Source: Octopus sinensis (lineage: Eukaryota). Taken from it: a stretch of 64,000 nucleotides of DNA. This document shows, in pieces, positions 38,129 to 50,344 of this stretch (positions within the stretch are counted from its first letter, which is position 1; each line of letters begins with the position of its first letter). The notes below the pieces were generated by a model that saw nothing but the letters and a program-made list of their open reading frames with translations, had not been told where the DNA came from and did not search any database. The translations under genes were made by a program, and so were the position numbers. The DNA lies in NCBI RefSeq assembly GCF_006345805.1, contig NC_042999.1:153512001-153576000 (forward strand), in the 5' to 3' direction.

Positions 38129-38654
38129 CTCAACAAGATTCGAACTGAAATTTAAACTGATCCTTAATTCGTTGCTCTACTGAATCTGCAGCAAACTCCC
38201 ACCTCCACTATTAAATGCTGTCGTCCCCGCCCTGAGGTCTATTTACAGTTCAGAGAAGACCATGTGGAAAATCTATATCTGTGTATTTACTTGACCTCGT
38301 AGAAATAACAACCGAATCTCCCTCAGCTTTGACTCAATTATCATACCAAAGGAGGACAATTTGAATAATGTAGACCTAGATATATTCATGAGTGAACATA
38401 AGATCGGATGATCACTGATGGAACGACTTTAGTCAAAGGTTGGATCAATCAGAGCAGAACAGAGATCTAACTGAACGACAATCACGACAACAAAGAAACT
38501 GGCTCTCTGTCGGTTGCAACATGTGTTCCAGTTGATCCGATCAACGGAACAGCCTGCTCGTGAATCGAATACCCTAATCACTAAGCCACGCGTTTTCACG
38601 ACAACAACAGCAGCAAAAACAACAGCAACAATAACTATAACCATAACTTCAATT

Positions 38655-38871
38655 TTTCTATTCTACTCTAGGCACAAGGCCCGAAATTTTGGGGGAGGGG
38701 GCCAGTCGATTAGATCAACTCCAGTACGCAACTGGTACTTCATTTATTGACCCCGAAAGCATGAAAAGCCAAAGTCGACCTTGGCGTAATTTGAACTCAG
38801 AACGTAAACACAGGAGAAATACCGCTAAACATTTCGCCCGGCGTGCTAACGTTTCTGCCAGCTTGCCGCCT
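38655..38871 (-). mobile_element. SINE family B
   Basis: Ends ctgccagcttgccgcc; tail ggcacaaggcccgaaatttt. Confidence 0.8.
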
Positions 38872-38896
38872 TAAATCATACCTCAGTTTGGAAATA

Positions 38897-39527
38897 CTGT
38901 AATCCCTCGCCATATCACGGCTCACCTATCGCGCACTCAGTAAGTACATCGCGGTTCGCCTATCGCACACTCAGTACACCGCGGTTCACCTATCGCGTAC
39001 TCAGTACATCGTGGTTCCATTCAGTAATTGGCAGTTCAACTATCACGTATTCAATACATGGCGGTTCACCTATCGTGCACTCAGTACATCGCGGTTCACC
39101 TATCGCGCACTCATTACATCGCGGATTTTTCTGGCTAATATACGTAAATTTAAGGCGGCGAACTGGCAGAAACGTTAGCACGCCGGGCGAAACGCCTAGC
39201 AGTATTTCGTCTGCGGTAACGTTTTGACTTCTAATTCCGCCGAGATCAACTTTGCCGTTCATCCTTTCGGGATCGATTAAATAAGTACCAGTTACGCACT
39301 GGTGTCGATGTGTCCACTTAATCTCTTGTTCTATCCTTGTTTGTTCCCTTCTATGTTTAGCCCCCTGTGGGCAATAAAGAAATAAATATATGCAAAGTAT
39401 ATATCGCGGACTCCTCAGTATATCACGGGTTTCTCTGCGGCCGATAAGTATTTATATTTTTTTAGATTTTAATTATTTCTGTTGGAGGTTTTGGCACGTT
39501 ACACCCGTAATAGTCGAGGGATTGCTA
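38897..39527. mobile_element. pogo/Tigger-like MITE with an internal 30-bp array and a nested SINE-B (39154-39385)
   Basis: TA flanks at 38895-96 and 39528-29; TIR ctgtaatccctcg / cgagggattgcta; units tcagtacatcgcggttcacctatcgcgcac at 38920-39125. Confidence 0.65.
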
Positions 39528-39574
39528 TAAATATGGTAAAGCTGGAATCCGATTATCTTGGAAAAGGAGTGGCA

Positions 39575-39627
<53 letters not shown>

Positions 39628-40229
39628 CAAAAAAGAGTTCACGAAGACAAGCTTTTAGGTTAAAAATCAAAACTGGGTCAGAGCTTTTAGCAGTTCATCT
39701 CCAACTCTGCCTTGTATTTTCGCCTTAGTCTTAGTACGAAGGAGATGGGGGATGTATGTAGACGTGCGTACGCGTGTATGCTAATATTCACCTGCTTGTA
39801 GGCAAGCTAAGTAAAAGCGCGCGCGTGTGTATGTGTGTATATTTATGTGTGTGTCTGTAGGAGCGCATGCTATGTGCGATGATTGGCGAATTTTAAGTTA
39901 CGAGCTTGTTGCTTTTTTATTTTTTATGCGTACATCTGGGTCAATGTTTGCGCGCATGCGCCTTCGTTTTGTTTACACGTGCGTAATGCGTATGCGTATG
40001 GTTATGTATGTTGCGTGTGTGTGAGTGTGTGTATGGCTGAGCTTATGGAAACGCAAGAGAATATGAGTCTGTACGCATGTGTGTGTATGCAAATGAAATA
40101 TATCTTGAATGTGTGTGTGTGTCTATGTATGTATGCATGTATGTATAAATTATGTATATATGCGTGTGAATATATGTATGTATGCATACACAGTGCGTTT
40201 GTGTGTATATTATATGTATATTATATATA

Positions 40230-40326
<97 letters not shown>

Positions 40327-40485
40327 GCGTAGGAGTAGTTGTGTGGTAAGTAGCTTGCTTACGAATCACATGGTTTCGGATTCAGTCCCACTACTATAGC
40401 ATCGGGCCGACCAAAGCCTTGTTAGTAGATTTGGTAAGCGGAAACTGAAAGAAGCTCGTCGTATATATGTATATATATATATATA

Positions 40486-40552
40486 GCGGTGCCTACCACA
40501 CGTTGATAATAGGCAATACACCTTGAAACCTAGGTCCGTGTGTGGCATCCGC
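40486..40552 (+). ncRNA. Type I hammerhead ribozyme (U3-A8 variant), predicted cleavage 40536/40537
   Basis: Stem I GCGG.UGCC..CACACG / CGUGUG.GGCA.CCGC; core UUGAUAA; stem II AGG/CCU; GAA-ACCUAGGU-C (palindrome, GUC site). Confidence 0.8.
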
Positions 40553-40840
40553 TTCTTGGGGAATGATCTCCCTTTGTAAGATAGAGGACGCCGTGATGGC
40601 GTCGGCCTATCTGGTGACGTTGATGTTCGCCTGGGGCTAAATGCAACAGTGACACCCCCACCACCCTGCCCTGTCCCTAGCCATATTCAGTTGGCTATTG
40701 TCCCTTATATTATGGAGCAGTCACTGTCTATATCTCATTTAGAGAATTATTATTGCTGTCGAACAGATTTTCGAAATCAGTAAATGTATTTACTTGAAAA
40801 TCTTTATATATATCTTGCACCGTGAGTCGTTCGTCGAGAA

Positions 40841-40907
40841 GCGGTGCCTACCACACGTTGATAATAGGCAATACACCTTGAAACCTAGGTCCGTGTGTGG
40901 CATCCGC
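40841..40907 (+). ncRNA. Second, identical hammerhead, predicted cleavage 40891/40892
   Basis: Exact copy of 40486-40552 at +355. Confidence 0.8.
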
Positions 40908-41369
40908 TTCTTGGGGAATGATCTCCCTTTGCAAGATAGAGGACGCCGTGATGGCGTCGGCCTATCTGGTGACGTTGATGTTCGCCTGGGGCTAAATGCA
41001 ACAGTGACACCCCACCACCCTGCCTTGTCCCTAGCCATATTCAGTTGGCTATTGTCCCTTATATTATATATATATATATATATATGAGTGTGTGTGTGTG
41101 TGTATATATGTTTGAGTGTCTGTGTTTGTCCCCCAAAATCGCTTGACAACCGATGCTGGTGTAACTTAGCGGTTCGGCAAAAGGGACCTATAGAATAAGT
41201 ACTAGGCTTACAAAGAATAAGTCCTGTGCTCGATTTCTCGACTAAAGGCGGTGATCCAGCATGGCCGCAGTCAAATGACTGAAACAAGTAAAAGAGTAAA
41301 AGAGAGAGTATATATATGCATATATACATACGTATATGTGCGTACTTATATCTATACGTATATACATAT

Positions 41370-41421
<52 letters not shown>

Positions 41422-42041
41422 TAAGGTATGTAGAAAAATACAACATGGACAAGAACGTATAACTCTTAGAAGACGATACAATAAACACGGACAAGACATT
41501 CGAAACCCTCAGTCTTCAGTCAAGAACCGGATCATCGTAGTAATTTCGGCTGATTAATCTTGAGATTACTAGATCACGCCAGCCCTCCAAGAAAAAACTA
41601 AGCAACGAGCATTAGAAAAACTAAGCTGGGAGCGTAGATTTCCTGGAAGAAGGATCGAATGCATACGGACACCAGGACAGTAAAAGGGACGAATATAAAA
41701 AACAAAAAAATAATGGAATACAGAAACATGAAATACAGAAGCATTAACGGTGAAAACAACAACAAGTGTCTACGACTGATAACAAGCAAACAAATTTTTT
41801 CTCTGCGCAAGGAAAGGAGCCTTATCGGCGATGCTTATAGCGGCGACGAAAAACAACGATGTTAACACGACGCTGGTCAGAAGCTGAGATCATATATATT
41901 ATGTATACACTTGTATATACATACATACATATATACACACATATATATACATACTTACATATATATATATGTATATATATGTATATATATATGTATATAT
42001 ATATTATATATATTATATATATATATATATTATATATATAT

Positions 42042-42095
<54 letters not shown>

Positions 42096-42412
42096 TACAC
42101 ATATATACACATATATACATATATATATATATGAGTATGTGGACAAAGGACATCACGAAACGTGCACAAGAAGAAAAAAACGAAGCACGAGTACTTGGAA
42201 CATGAACTATTCTTTCGAAGACCGAAAGACACAAATAGAAAACAAAACAAACAACACTGCTTTTCTAGTCACGTATTTCGAGCATTTAACAACAGTATAC
42301 TCTTTCGATAAAGCAGTTGCTCCTGCAAACCGAATTAAATAAAATTTGAGATTTTGTGGAGGGTCAAAATCGGTAACGAAAACAGGTCAATGAACACACA
42401 TGAAGGGCTACT

Positions 42413-42465
<53 letters not shown>

Positions 42466-42485
42466 TGATAGATAGATAGATAGAT

Positions 42486-42878
42486 ACGAGCAAAACGCCC
42501 CCCCCCCCACCGTCTAATGGACGTTGCTGAGTTGGCAAACATTTAAACCAAATTTTCTCAAAACAACTTGTCCGACCGTCTCATTTTATGACATTATTTC
42601 AAGCCAACCGGCTTTTTTTTTGCGCAGACTGTACGTTCTTTTTTCTCGCGTACGCGTAGTATCGATCGCAACAGCTGACGTACTTGCGAGTACAAAAGCA
42701 CGTTCCCACGGCTTTATCGATCGCACTCTCACCTGGAACCCATTTCTATAATATTTTCAAAACTTATACACGCCTTGATACCGTCGGTATCTACATATCA
42801 GATTTGAGCGCAATCGGATGGAGGATGCCCGAGATCCTAGAAGACAGACAGACAGACAGAACAGATTTTATATAATAG
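42486..42878 (-). mobile_element. Helitron/DINE-1-like element, second copy
   Basis: Reverse complement homolog of 26131-26522. Confidence 0.6.
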
Positions 42879-43251
42879 ATATACATATACACGAGCGATA
42901 TTAGAGATGTATATTTAAACAGCATTAAGCAGTCATTTTATACAGATGTAAACACAATTTATAGGGTTGCCTGTACTTAAATGGTGAGGTATGTAGGTGT
43001 GCATGCGTTTCTACATTTGTATATATGCGTATGCATGCGGGCATATATGTATGCATGTAATGTATGTATGTATATGTATCTATGTATGCATGTAATGTAT
43101 GTATGTGTATCTATGTATGTGTGTATATATACACACATACATTGTCTTGTACTCTGTTTTTTCGTTGTTAAAAAAAGTCCCGTTTCCTTATTTGTTTTCG
43201 TTTCTCGTTGTGTTCTACGTTTATTTGTGGTGTCCTGTACTCATATATGTG

Positions 43252-43627
43252 GAAGCACTCCGTCGGTTACGACGACGAGGGTTCCAGTTGATCCGAATCA
43301 ACGGAACAGCCTGCTCGTGAAATTAACGTGTAAGTGGCTGAGCACTCCACAGACACGTGTACTCTTAACGTATTTTTCGGGGATATTCAGCGTGACACAG
43401 AGAGTGACAAGGCCGGCCCTTTGAAATACAGGTACAACAGAAACAGGAATAGAGTGAGAGAAAGTTGTGGTGAAAGGGTACAGCAGGGATCACCACCATC
43501 CCCTGCCGGAGCCTCGTGGAGCTTTGGTGTTTTTCGCTCAATAAACACTGACAACGCCCGGTCTGGGAATCGAACCGCGATCCTATGACCGCGAGTCCGC
43601 TGCCCTAACCACTGGGCCATTGCGCCT
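43252..43627 (-). mobile_element. SINE family C (alternative tail), head cut by the gap
   Basis: Head as 23484; tail ...gatcaactggaaccctcgtcgtcgtaaccgacggagtgc. Confidence 0.85.
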
Positions 43628-43727
43628 NNNNNNNNNNNNNNNNNNNNNNNNNNNNNNNNNNNNNNNNNNNNNNNNNNNNNNNNNNNNNNNNNNNNNNNNN
43701 NNNNNNNNNNNNNNNNNNNNNNNNNNN
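43628..43727. other. Assembly gap (100 N)
   Basis: Run of N. Confidence 1.
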
Positions 43728-45236
43728 CAGTAGATGAGTTTGTTTTCATTTCATTAATAGCCTTTATTACATCGTCTTCCTTTATATTGATGTAATCAAT
43801 CATCGCTGCCTCTGATTTTATATCTGCAGTGGTAAAGAAGTCAGTTGGATTGCTGACTTGAAAATGCCCTAGGGGTGGAGTGAAAATACTCTTGAATTGC
43901 TCATTTAGTATTTCACTTACCCTCATTGGATTTCCTGTGAGTGTGCCATCCTTTTCAAGGAGTGGCCCTATCCTACAGTGCACCGTAACTCTTTCTTTGG
44001 AATACCTGTAGAAAGCTCTGGGGTTAGATTTTATGTTGTCTATAGCCCAGGCTTCTTTGTCTGCTCTTTCTTTTTCAAGGGAGAGTTGCAAAATTTTTCA
44101 ATTTCCAACAGTTTTATTTTCAGGCGGGACTTTTCACACTGCTTTCAATTTGTTTGTTTAGGCGATTTGAAACTTTTGTACGCCGTCTCATTAGAATTTT
44201 CCTCTCTCTGGGGGATTTGCTCTTGTGTACAGTGGCCTTTCTCTCTGGGACACATTTGTAGCATATGGCTTGCATTACAGACATGATTGTTGAAGTTTCA
44301 TGTCGTGTCTGGCGAGGATAGACATTCAGGCCAGTTTTGTTGAGGATCTCTTTCTCAATTTGTTTCCAGTTTGCCTTATGGAAGTTCAAGCTGGAAAGAT
44401 TTGAGAGTTTCTTGTAGGCTGCATGTCCATGCTTTCCTTTGGCCCGTACATGGTCAGCTCTGCCATGTTGTGATCCGAGTGTAGTGTCGGAGTCACTTTC
44501 ACATTATGGATGAGATCCATATTATTTGTGAAGCAGAGATCCAGTATGTTACCTGCCCTGGTTGGTTGGAGTATTACTTGCTCCATGTACAGAGTGTTGA
44601 AGAGGTTCAGGAGGGACCTCGCCTGTCCTCGTTCACATCGTGTCGTTCCTGGGAGAGAAAGGCCCTCGGGCCATCTGACATTGGGTAGATTGAAGTCTCC
44701 CATAAGAAGTACACTTACGTGTTGTTCTAATGTGACTAGAACTTCTATTTTTATAAGGCAGTCTTCAAACTTGCCTACATGGCTTGGGGCATCTGGAGGG
44801 CGATATGTAGTACATATAACTACACCAAGTTGCCTTATATGTACAATTAGTGTGTCACACACCGAATTTGAGGATGACAAAAGGACCAGGGGTGTGAGGT
44901 CCTCACGAATGTACATAGCAACTCCTCCATGACTCCTTTCTTTTCTGTCGGTCCGTAGTACAACATACTGTGGTATGTGTATTTCCGCATCTGCTATGTC
45001 CGTTTTCAGGTGGTTTCCGTAAGTGCTATGCATAAGGCTTGATTGCATGCAACAAGTCTCTTAAGACGGGATTTTTGTCCTATTACTGAGTGTTAGCGGT
45101 CCTCTGATGTTCAGTAGGAGCATCGAGGTGATGTATACTGTTGCCGCGGTGTCCACCTTGGTCTATTTGCTGTGGCGGTCTTGTGTATTGTGGATAGTCC
45201 CATCTACGAGTTTGAGTTTGATGGAGCCAGGTTAGC
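43728..45236 (-). pseudogene. CR1-clade LINE ORF2 5' part (APE endonuclease and linker), frameshifted, cut by the gap
   Basis: LLLNIRG; RTDRKERSHGGVAMYI; YRPP; MGDFNLP; PTRAGNILDLCFTN; SDHN; then NFHKANW and IKSNPRAFYRY...EILNEQFKSIFT. Confidence 0.92.
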
Positions 45237-45323
45237 TACTTTACAATCTTTTGTGCCATGCACAAAAAAGATTCTTGTTCAGTAGCTGCCCTTTCAATAA
45301 ATATATTATATATATATATATAT

Positions 45324-46955
45324 AGATAAGAAAGTTTGTTTGGTAAAGCCGTGGGTGAATATATAAGAAAATAGTAAAGTGTGAAAAAACGACAGAAGGC
45401 TTAAATGTTAAAAATATATATATTTGTGTCAAAATGTCTGGAGAATATTGGAAAAATTTGAAAAATTTTTTTTCCTTTCCTTAAATGACATAATTTTAAA
45501 ATTTTTAAAGAATTACCGGTTTCGCGTGTAGCTTTTCAAATTTCTTGTGACGTTATGTTTATATTGCATGGAATTATCGTTGTTTTTATTTCCAGGAGAT
45601 TTCTAAATAAGGGGAGGTAGTGAGTGATTTTTCCGGTGTAGGGGAGATAATCGCTTAAAAATTTTTTTTTCCATTTCCTTGTTAATTTCTCTGTGTCAGT
45701 ATGTTCGGATGGTTGAGTCTGGGTTTGTACTTTTCAATGAAGAATGTTTCCTTGTTCAGTCTCATTTGTGTTGATGATCCGAAAGCACATTGGTAAAATG
45801 GGAAGATTAAAAATTGTGGCAGTAGTTGCTTTGCGCATTTCTCAATGTGCTCACTAAAAGGTATCATTCTATATTCTGGAATGCAATCTGTTGTCGATGC
45901 AGTGTGCATCTGCGCCTGAGTGATAGTCCCGTGGAACCCACGTAGTCTTGGTGGCAGCCCGAGCATTTAATAACATAAATTATGTTTTCAGAGGCACAAG
46001 TAAAGTTAGATTTGATCTTAAATTTCTGTCCCTCTTTAGAGAAGAATTCTGATCCTTCCAATAGGTTAGGACATGTTGCACAGTTCGATCTACCACATTT
46101 TTTTACTTTTGCATCCGTAATTTTAGAAGACAATTTTGCCTTTGTGAGAATCTTTTTAAGTGATTTAGGCTGTTTGTAGCTTTTAATGATTTGGTGTATG
46201 TTTAGAATTTCCTTTAATTTGGGTTTTTATGAAGTATTGGTAAATCTGGGTGATGATGGTGAAGGCTTCTTTGTTTCTGGGGTTGTATGTAGATATGTAA
46301 GGTTATTTTCGGGAAGGTGTGTTGTTGTGTTGAACTTTTCTTAAAGTTTCTATGTTGATTTCTGTTGCACGTCTGATCCCATCCTCTATGAGTTGAGCTG
46401 GGTAATGTCTGTCAATTAGGGTGGTTTTTGAGTTCTTGCAGTCTAAAGTTCCTGGTATTTTGTTCTGACACTATTGTGCATATCCTTCTTGCAAGGTTGA
46501 AGGGGATGTTTTTTTAGTGTGTCTTGGGTGGCATGAATTAAAAAGAAGGTATTGTTTGGCGTCTGTGGCTTTGTAAAAAATGTCTGTTTCTATTTTAAGG
46601 TTAATTTTTTAATTAGTATATCCAAGAACGGGAGCTCCTTTTGGTTGTATTCCATTGTGAACTGTATTTTGGGTTATGCTGTTCAATAGGTTTTTAAATT
46701 TTAGGAGTTTATCTATGTTTTCATTCCAGAGAATGAAACAATCGTCTAGGAAATCGTTTCCAATTCTCTTTTATGTATTGAGAGAGGGAGTTTCCAAAGA
46801 TTGATAGAGATTCCTGGTAAATGATTATTTCCATGTATCCCATTGTTAAGTTCGCAATGACTGGTGCTGCCCTTGTACCCATAGCAATTCCGGATTTTTG
46901 ACGGTAAAAATGTATTGTCAAACATGAAGTGGTTATTGTGTAGGATGAATTCAAT
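45324..46955 (-). mobile_element. Inverted 3' copy of the Penelope-like element (RT C-terminus, GIY-YIG, 3' end)
   Basis: 45361-46955 is nearly identical to the reverse complement of 48669-50253; ORF 45864-46133 has CGRSNCATC and IYVIKCSGCHQDYVGST (GIY-YIG). Confidence 0.92.
45508..45546 (-). ncRNA. Minimal hammerhead (U3-A8) in the inverted Penelope 3' end
   Basis: Minus strand: AAGAAAU-UUGAAAA-GC uacac GC-GAA-ACCGGU-A-AUUCUU (one U fewer than the plus copy). Confidence 0.6.
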
Positions 46956-49900
46956 AATACCTCGATAATACATTGGATCACTGGAAGGATTCCTGTGAGA
47001 GAGAAGAGAGAAATTCTCTCCTACGCTGGGAGAAAAACATGGACTTCTTCCAAAAAATATAGTGAAACCTTCAAAAATGAATTGGTACAAATAATCCCTT
47101 CCTTAAGAAAATTACAATAAACAAAAAAGAAAACCTAACAACCCACGAACACCCCCCAACTATCCTCCATACACTAAAAACAGAAATCACCCACAACAAC
47201 CTCTACAAACCACGCTAGACCTAACAGGGAACTAGCTGAAAGAGGACGCGTCTATGAAAGAATTACACCAACAAAACAGAACAAACCAACAACATCATAA
47301 TACCAGACCCAACCACCATACAGCACAATACGACACTAGGATAAGAATACACCACACACAAATCACTACTACCCCATGAACCAAAACTACTGGTCCCCAC
47401 TAAACAAAGACAAACGCAAAGAAACACTATGTCAAGCAACATCGCACATACAAGAAGTTCGAAACAAAAAATATTCCCCATACAGAAATTTTTACCACAC
47501 CACAAGCATTAACAACCAAGATTCCCACACACACACAACGATCGGAGGCAACAATACCACCACTCCCCCGACCAAATACCACACAACCTCACAGACAACT
47601 CATACAAACAAAATTACACCCAACATTTTTTAGCCAGGGACCAGGGACACCAGGACACAGGCTGGAACCTAGTAATAAGGAAAAACCGAAGATAATCAAT
47701 CTTTCAACCAAACCTCTTTCTAACATAAAAATTGACATCCTCGCAAAAGGGCTCAAATTTACACCAACTCCACGCAGAGCAAACCTAAATGAACTCAAGG
47801 ATAATATAACAGAATTTTGCAGAAAATTAAGACTAGCAGAAGCATCAAACAGTTTCAATACTGAAGATGAATCACTTGTCAAGAACAAAAGTGAACACAT
47901 CCCACACAGAGGAAGAAATAAAGATCTTGACGAATTCTGTAACCACATTGAGAACTTCCCCTACCACTATACATAAACAGAAAGCTAACCCAAATTTTAC
48001 AATACACAATGGAAAGAACTGATAGAACTCCAAAATGATGAAGATATAACCATTAAGGAAGCGGACAAGGGAAATGCAGTTTAATAATGGATACATCATA
48101 CTACAGAAATCTTGTAATTTCCTTGCTTGATGAAGACCTACATTATGAAAAATTACCAACACACACCCCACAAAATAATGAAAACTCTATCTTCACTAAT
48201 TAAAACCCATGAAAAGGAACTGACAACCAAGAGATTGATTTCCTAACAAACTTTAAATGCAAACCTAGCCTTTTCTATGGTCTGCCAAAAATTCATAAAG
48301 TCAAATTATAAATGAAACCATTAAAAAATCACCAAAGACATACATACACACACCTAATCCGGGGGACCTAAAACTACGACCCATTGTAGCTGGCCCAACC
48401 TGTGAAACCACACAGACTAAGTCTACTTATGGACATCCTCTTGAAACCCTTCCTTAAACATATCGATAGCCATATCAGAGATGACTTAGATATGTTAAAC
48501 CACCTTCCAAAAAAAACCAAGGAAGAAACAATCCTGGTTTCATTTGATGTAGTCAACTTGTATACCAGTTATACTCATAATTATGGACTGGAGGCAATAC
48601 AATTCTGGTTAGACCAATTTCCGGAAGAAATACCAAAAAGGATCAGTAAAGAATTCATTACTAAATCAATTGAATTCATCCTACACAATAACCACTTCAT
48701 GTTTGACAATACATTTTACCGTCAAAAATCCGGAATTGCTATGGGTACAAGGGCAGCACCAGTCATTGCGAACTTAACAATGGGATACATGGAAATAATC
48801 ATTTACCAGGAATCTCTATCAATCTTTGGAAACTCCCTCTCTCAATACATAAAAGAGAATTGGAAACGATTCCTAGACGATTGTTTCATTCTCTGGAATG
48901 AAAACATAGATAAACTCCTAAAATTTAAAAACCTATTGAACAGCATAAACCCAAATATACAGTTCACAATGGAATACAACCAAAAGGAGCTCCCGTTCTT
49001 GGATATACTAATTAAAAAAATTAACCTTAAAATAGAAACAGACATTTTTACAAAGCCACAGACGCCAAACAATACCTTCTTTTTAATTCATGCCACCCAA
49101 GACACACTAAAACAAACATCCCCTTCAACCTTGCAAGAAGGATATGCACAATAGTGTCAGAACAAAATACCAGGAACTTTAGACTGCAAGAACTCAAAAC
49201 ACCCTAATTGACAGACATTACCCAGCTCAACTCATAGAGGATGGGATCAGACGTGCAACAGAAATCAACATAGAAACTTTAAGAAAAGTTCAACACAACA
49301 ACACACCTCCTCCCCGAAATACTACCTTACATATCTACATACAACCCCAGAAACAAAGAAGCCTTCACCATCATCACCCAGAATTTACCAATACTTCATA
49401 AAAACCCAAAATTAAAGGAAATTCTAAACATACACCAAATCATTAAAGCTACAAACAGCCTAAATCACTTAAAAAGATTCTCACAAAGGCAAAATTGTCT
49501 TCTAAAATACGGATGCAAAAGTAAAAAATGTGGTAGATCGAACTGTGCAACATGTCCTAACCCTATTGGAAGGATCAGAATTCTTCTTAAAGAGGGACAG
49601 AAATTTAAGATCAAATCTAACTTTACTTGTGCCTCTGAAAACATAATTTATGTTATTAAATGCTCGGGCTGCCACCAAGACTACGTGGGTTCCACGGGAC
49701 TATCACTCAGGCGCAGATGCACACTGCATCGACAAAGATTGCATTCCCAGAATATAGAATGATACCTTTAGTGAGCACATTGAGAAATGCGCAAAGCAAC
49801 TACTGCCACAATTTTTAATCTTCCCATTTTACCAGTGCTTTCGGATCATCAACACAAATGAGACTGAACAAGGAAACATTCTTCATTGAAAAGTACAAAC

Positions 49901-50253
49901 CCCAGACTCAACCATCCGAACATACTGACACAGAGAAATTAACAAGGAAATGGAAAAAAAATTTTTTAAGCGATTATCTCCCCTACACCGGAAAAATCAC
50001 TCACTACCTCCCTTATTTAGAAATCTCCTGGAAATAAAAACAACGATAATTCCATGCAATATAAACATACGTCACAAGAAATTTGAAAAGCTACACGCGA
50101 AACCGGTAATTTCTTAAAAATTTTTTAAATTATGTCATTTTAAGGAAAGGAAAAAAATTTTTCCAATATTCTCCAGACATTTTGACACAATATATTATTT
50201 TTTAACATTTAAGCCTTCTGTCGTTTTTTCCACACTTTACTATTTTCTTATAT
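46956..50253 (+). mobile_element. 5'-truncated Penelope-like retroelement (RT + GIY-YIG), reading frame broken mostly by 1-nt indels
   Basis: IINLS...KGLKFTPTP; IKEADKG; FDVVNLYT; GIAMGT..AP..ANLTMG; RFLDDCF; QFTME...LPFLD; GIY-YIG at ~49530-49940. Confidence 0.95.
50076..50115 (+). ncRNA. Minimal type I hammerhead (U3-A8) in the Penelope 3' end, predicted cleavage 50108/50109
   Basis: Perfect 7-bp stem I AAGAAAU/AUUUCUU; core UUGAAAA; 2-bp stem II; GAA + palindromic ACCGGU + A (GUA site). Confidence 0.7.
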
Positions 50254-50289
50254 AATATATATATATACATGCATATATTTACCTATCAT

Positions 50290-50325
<36 letters not shown>

Positions 50326-50344
50326 TTCTTTCTCTGTGTATATA

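Larger units (their letters stand above)
40486..41067 (+). mobile_element. Retrozyme-like non-coding element: 355-nt monomer, 228-nt terminal redundancy, two hammerheads
   Basis: 40486-40713 vs 40841-41067 differ at about 4 positions; each repeat begins with the HHR. Confidence 0.85.
40325..41310 (+). mobile_element. SINE family A split by the retrozyme-like element
   Basis: Head 40325-40470, tail ~41090-41310. Confidence 0.8.

Noticed and set aside
42270-42315. Minus-strand GAGUA/UGCUC-GAAAUACG hairpin as an HHR
   Set aside because: The core box is too degenerate (UUAUCGA) and there is no stem I or valid cleavage triplet.
43387-44091. 234-aa ORF
   Set aside because: Chimeric across the 100-N gap: CR1 linker joined to a SINE-C.
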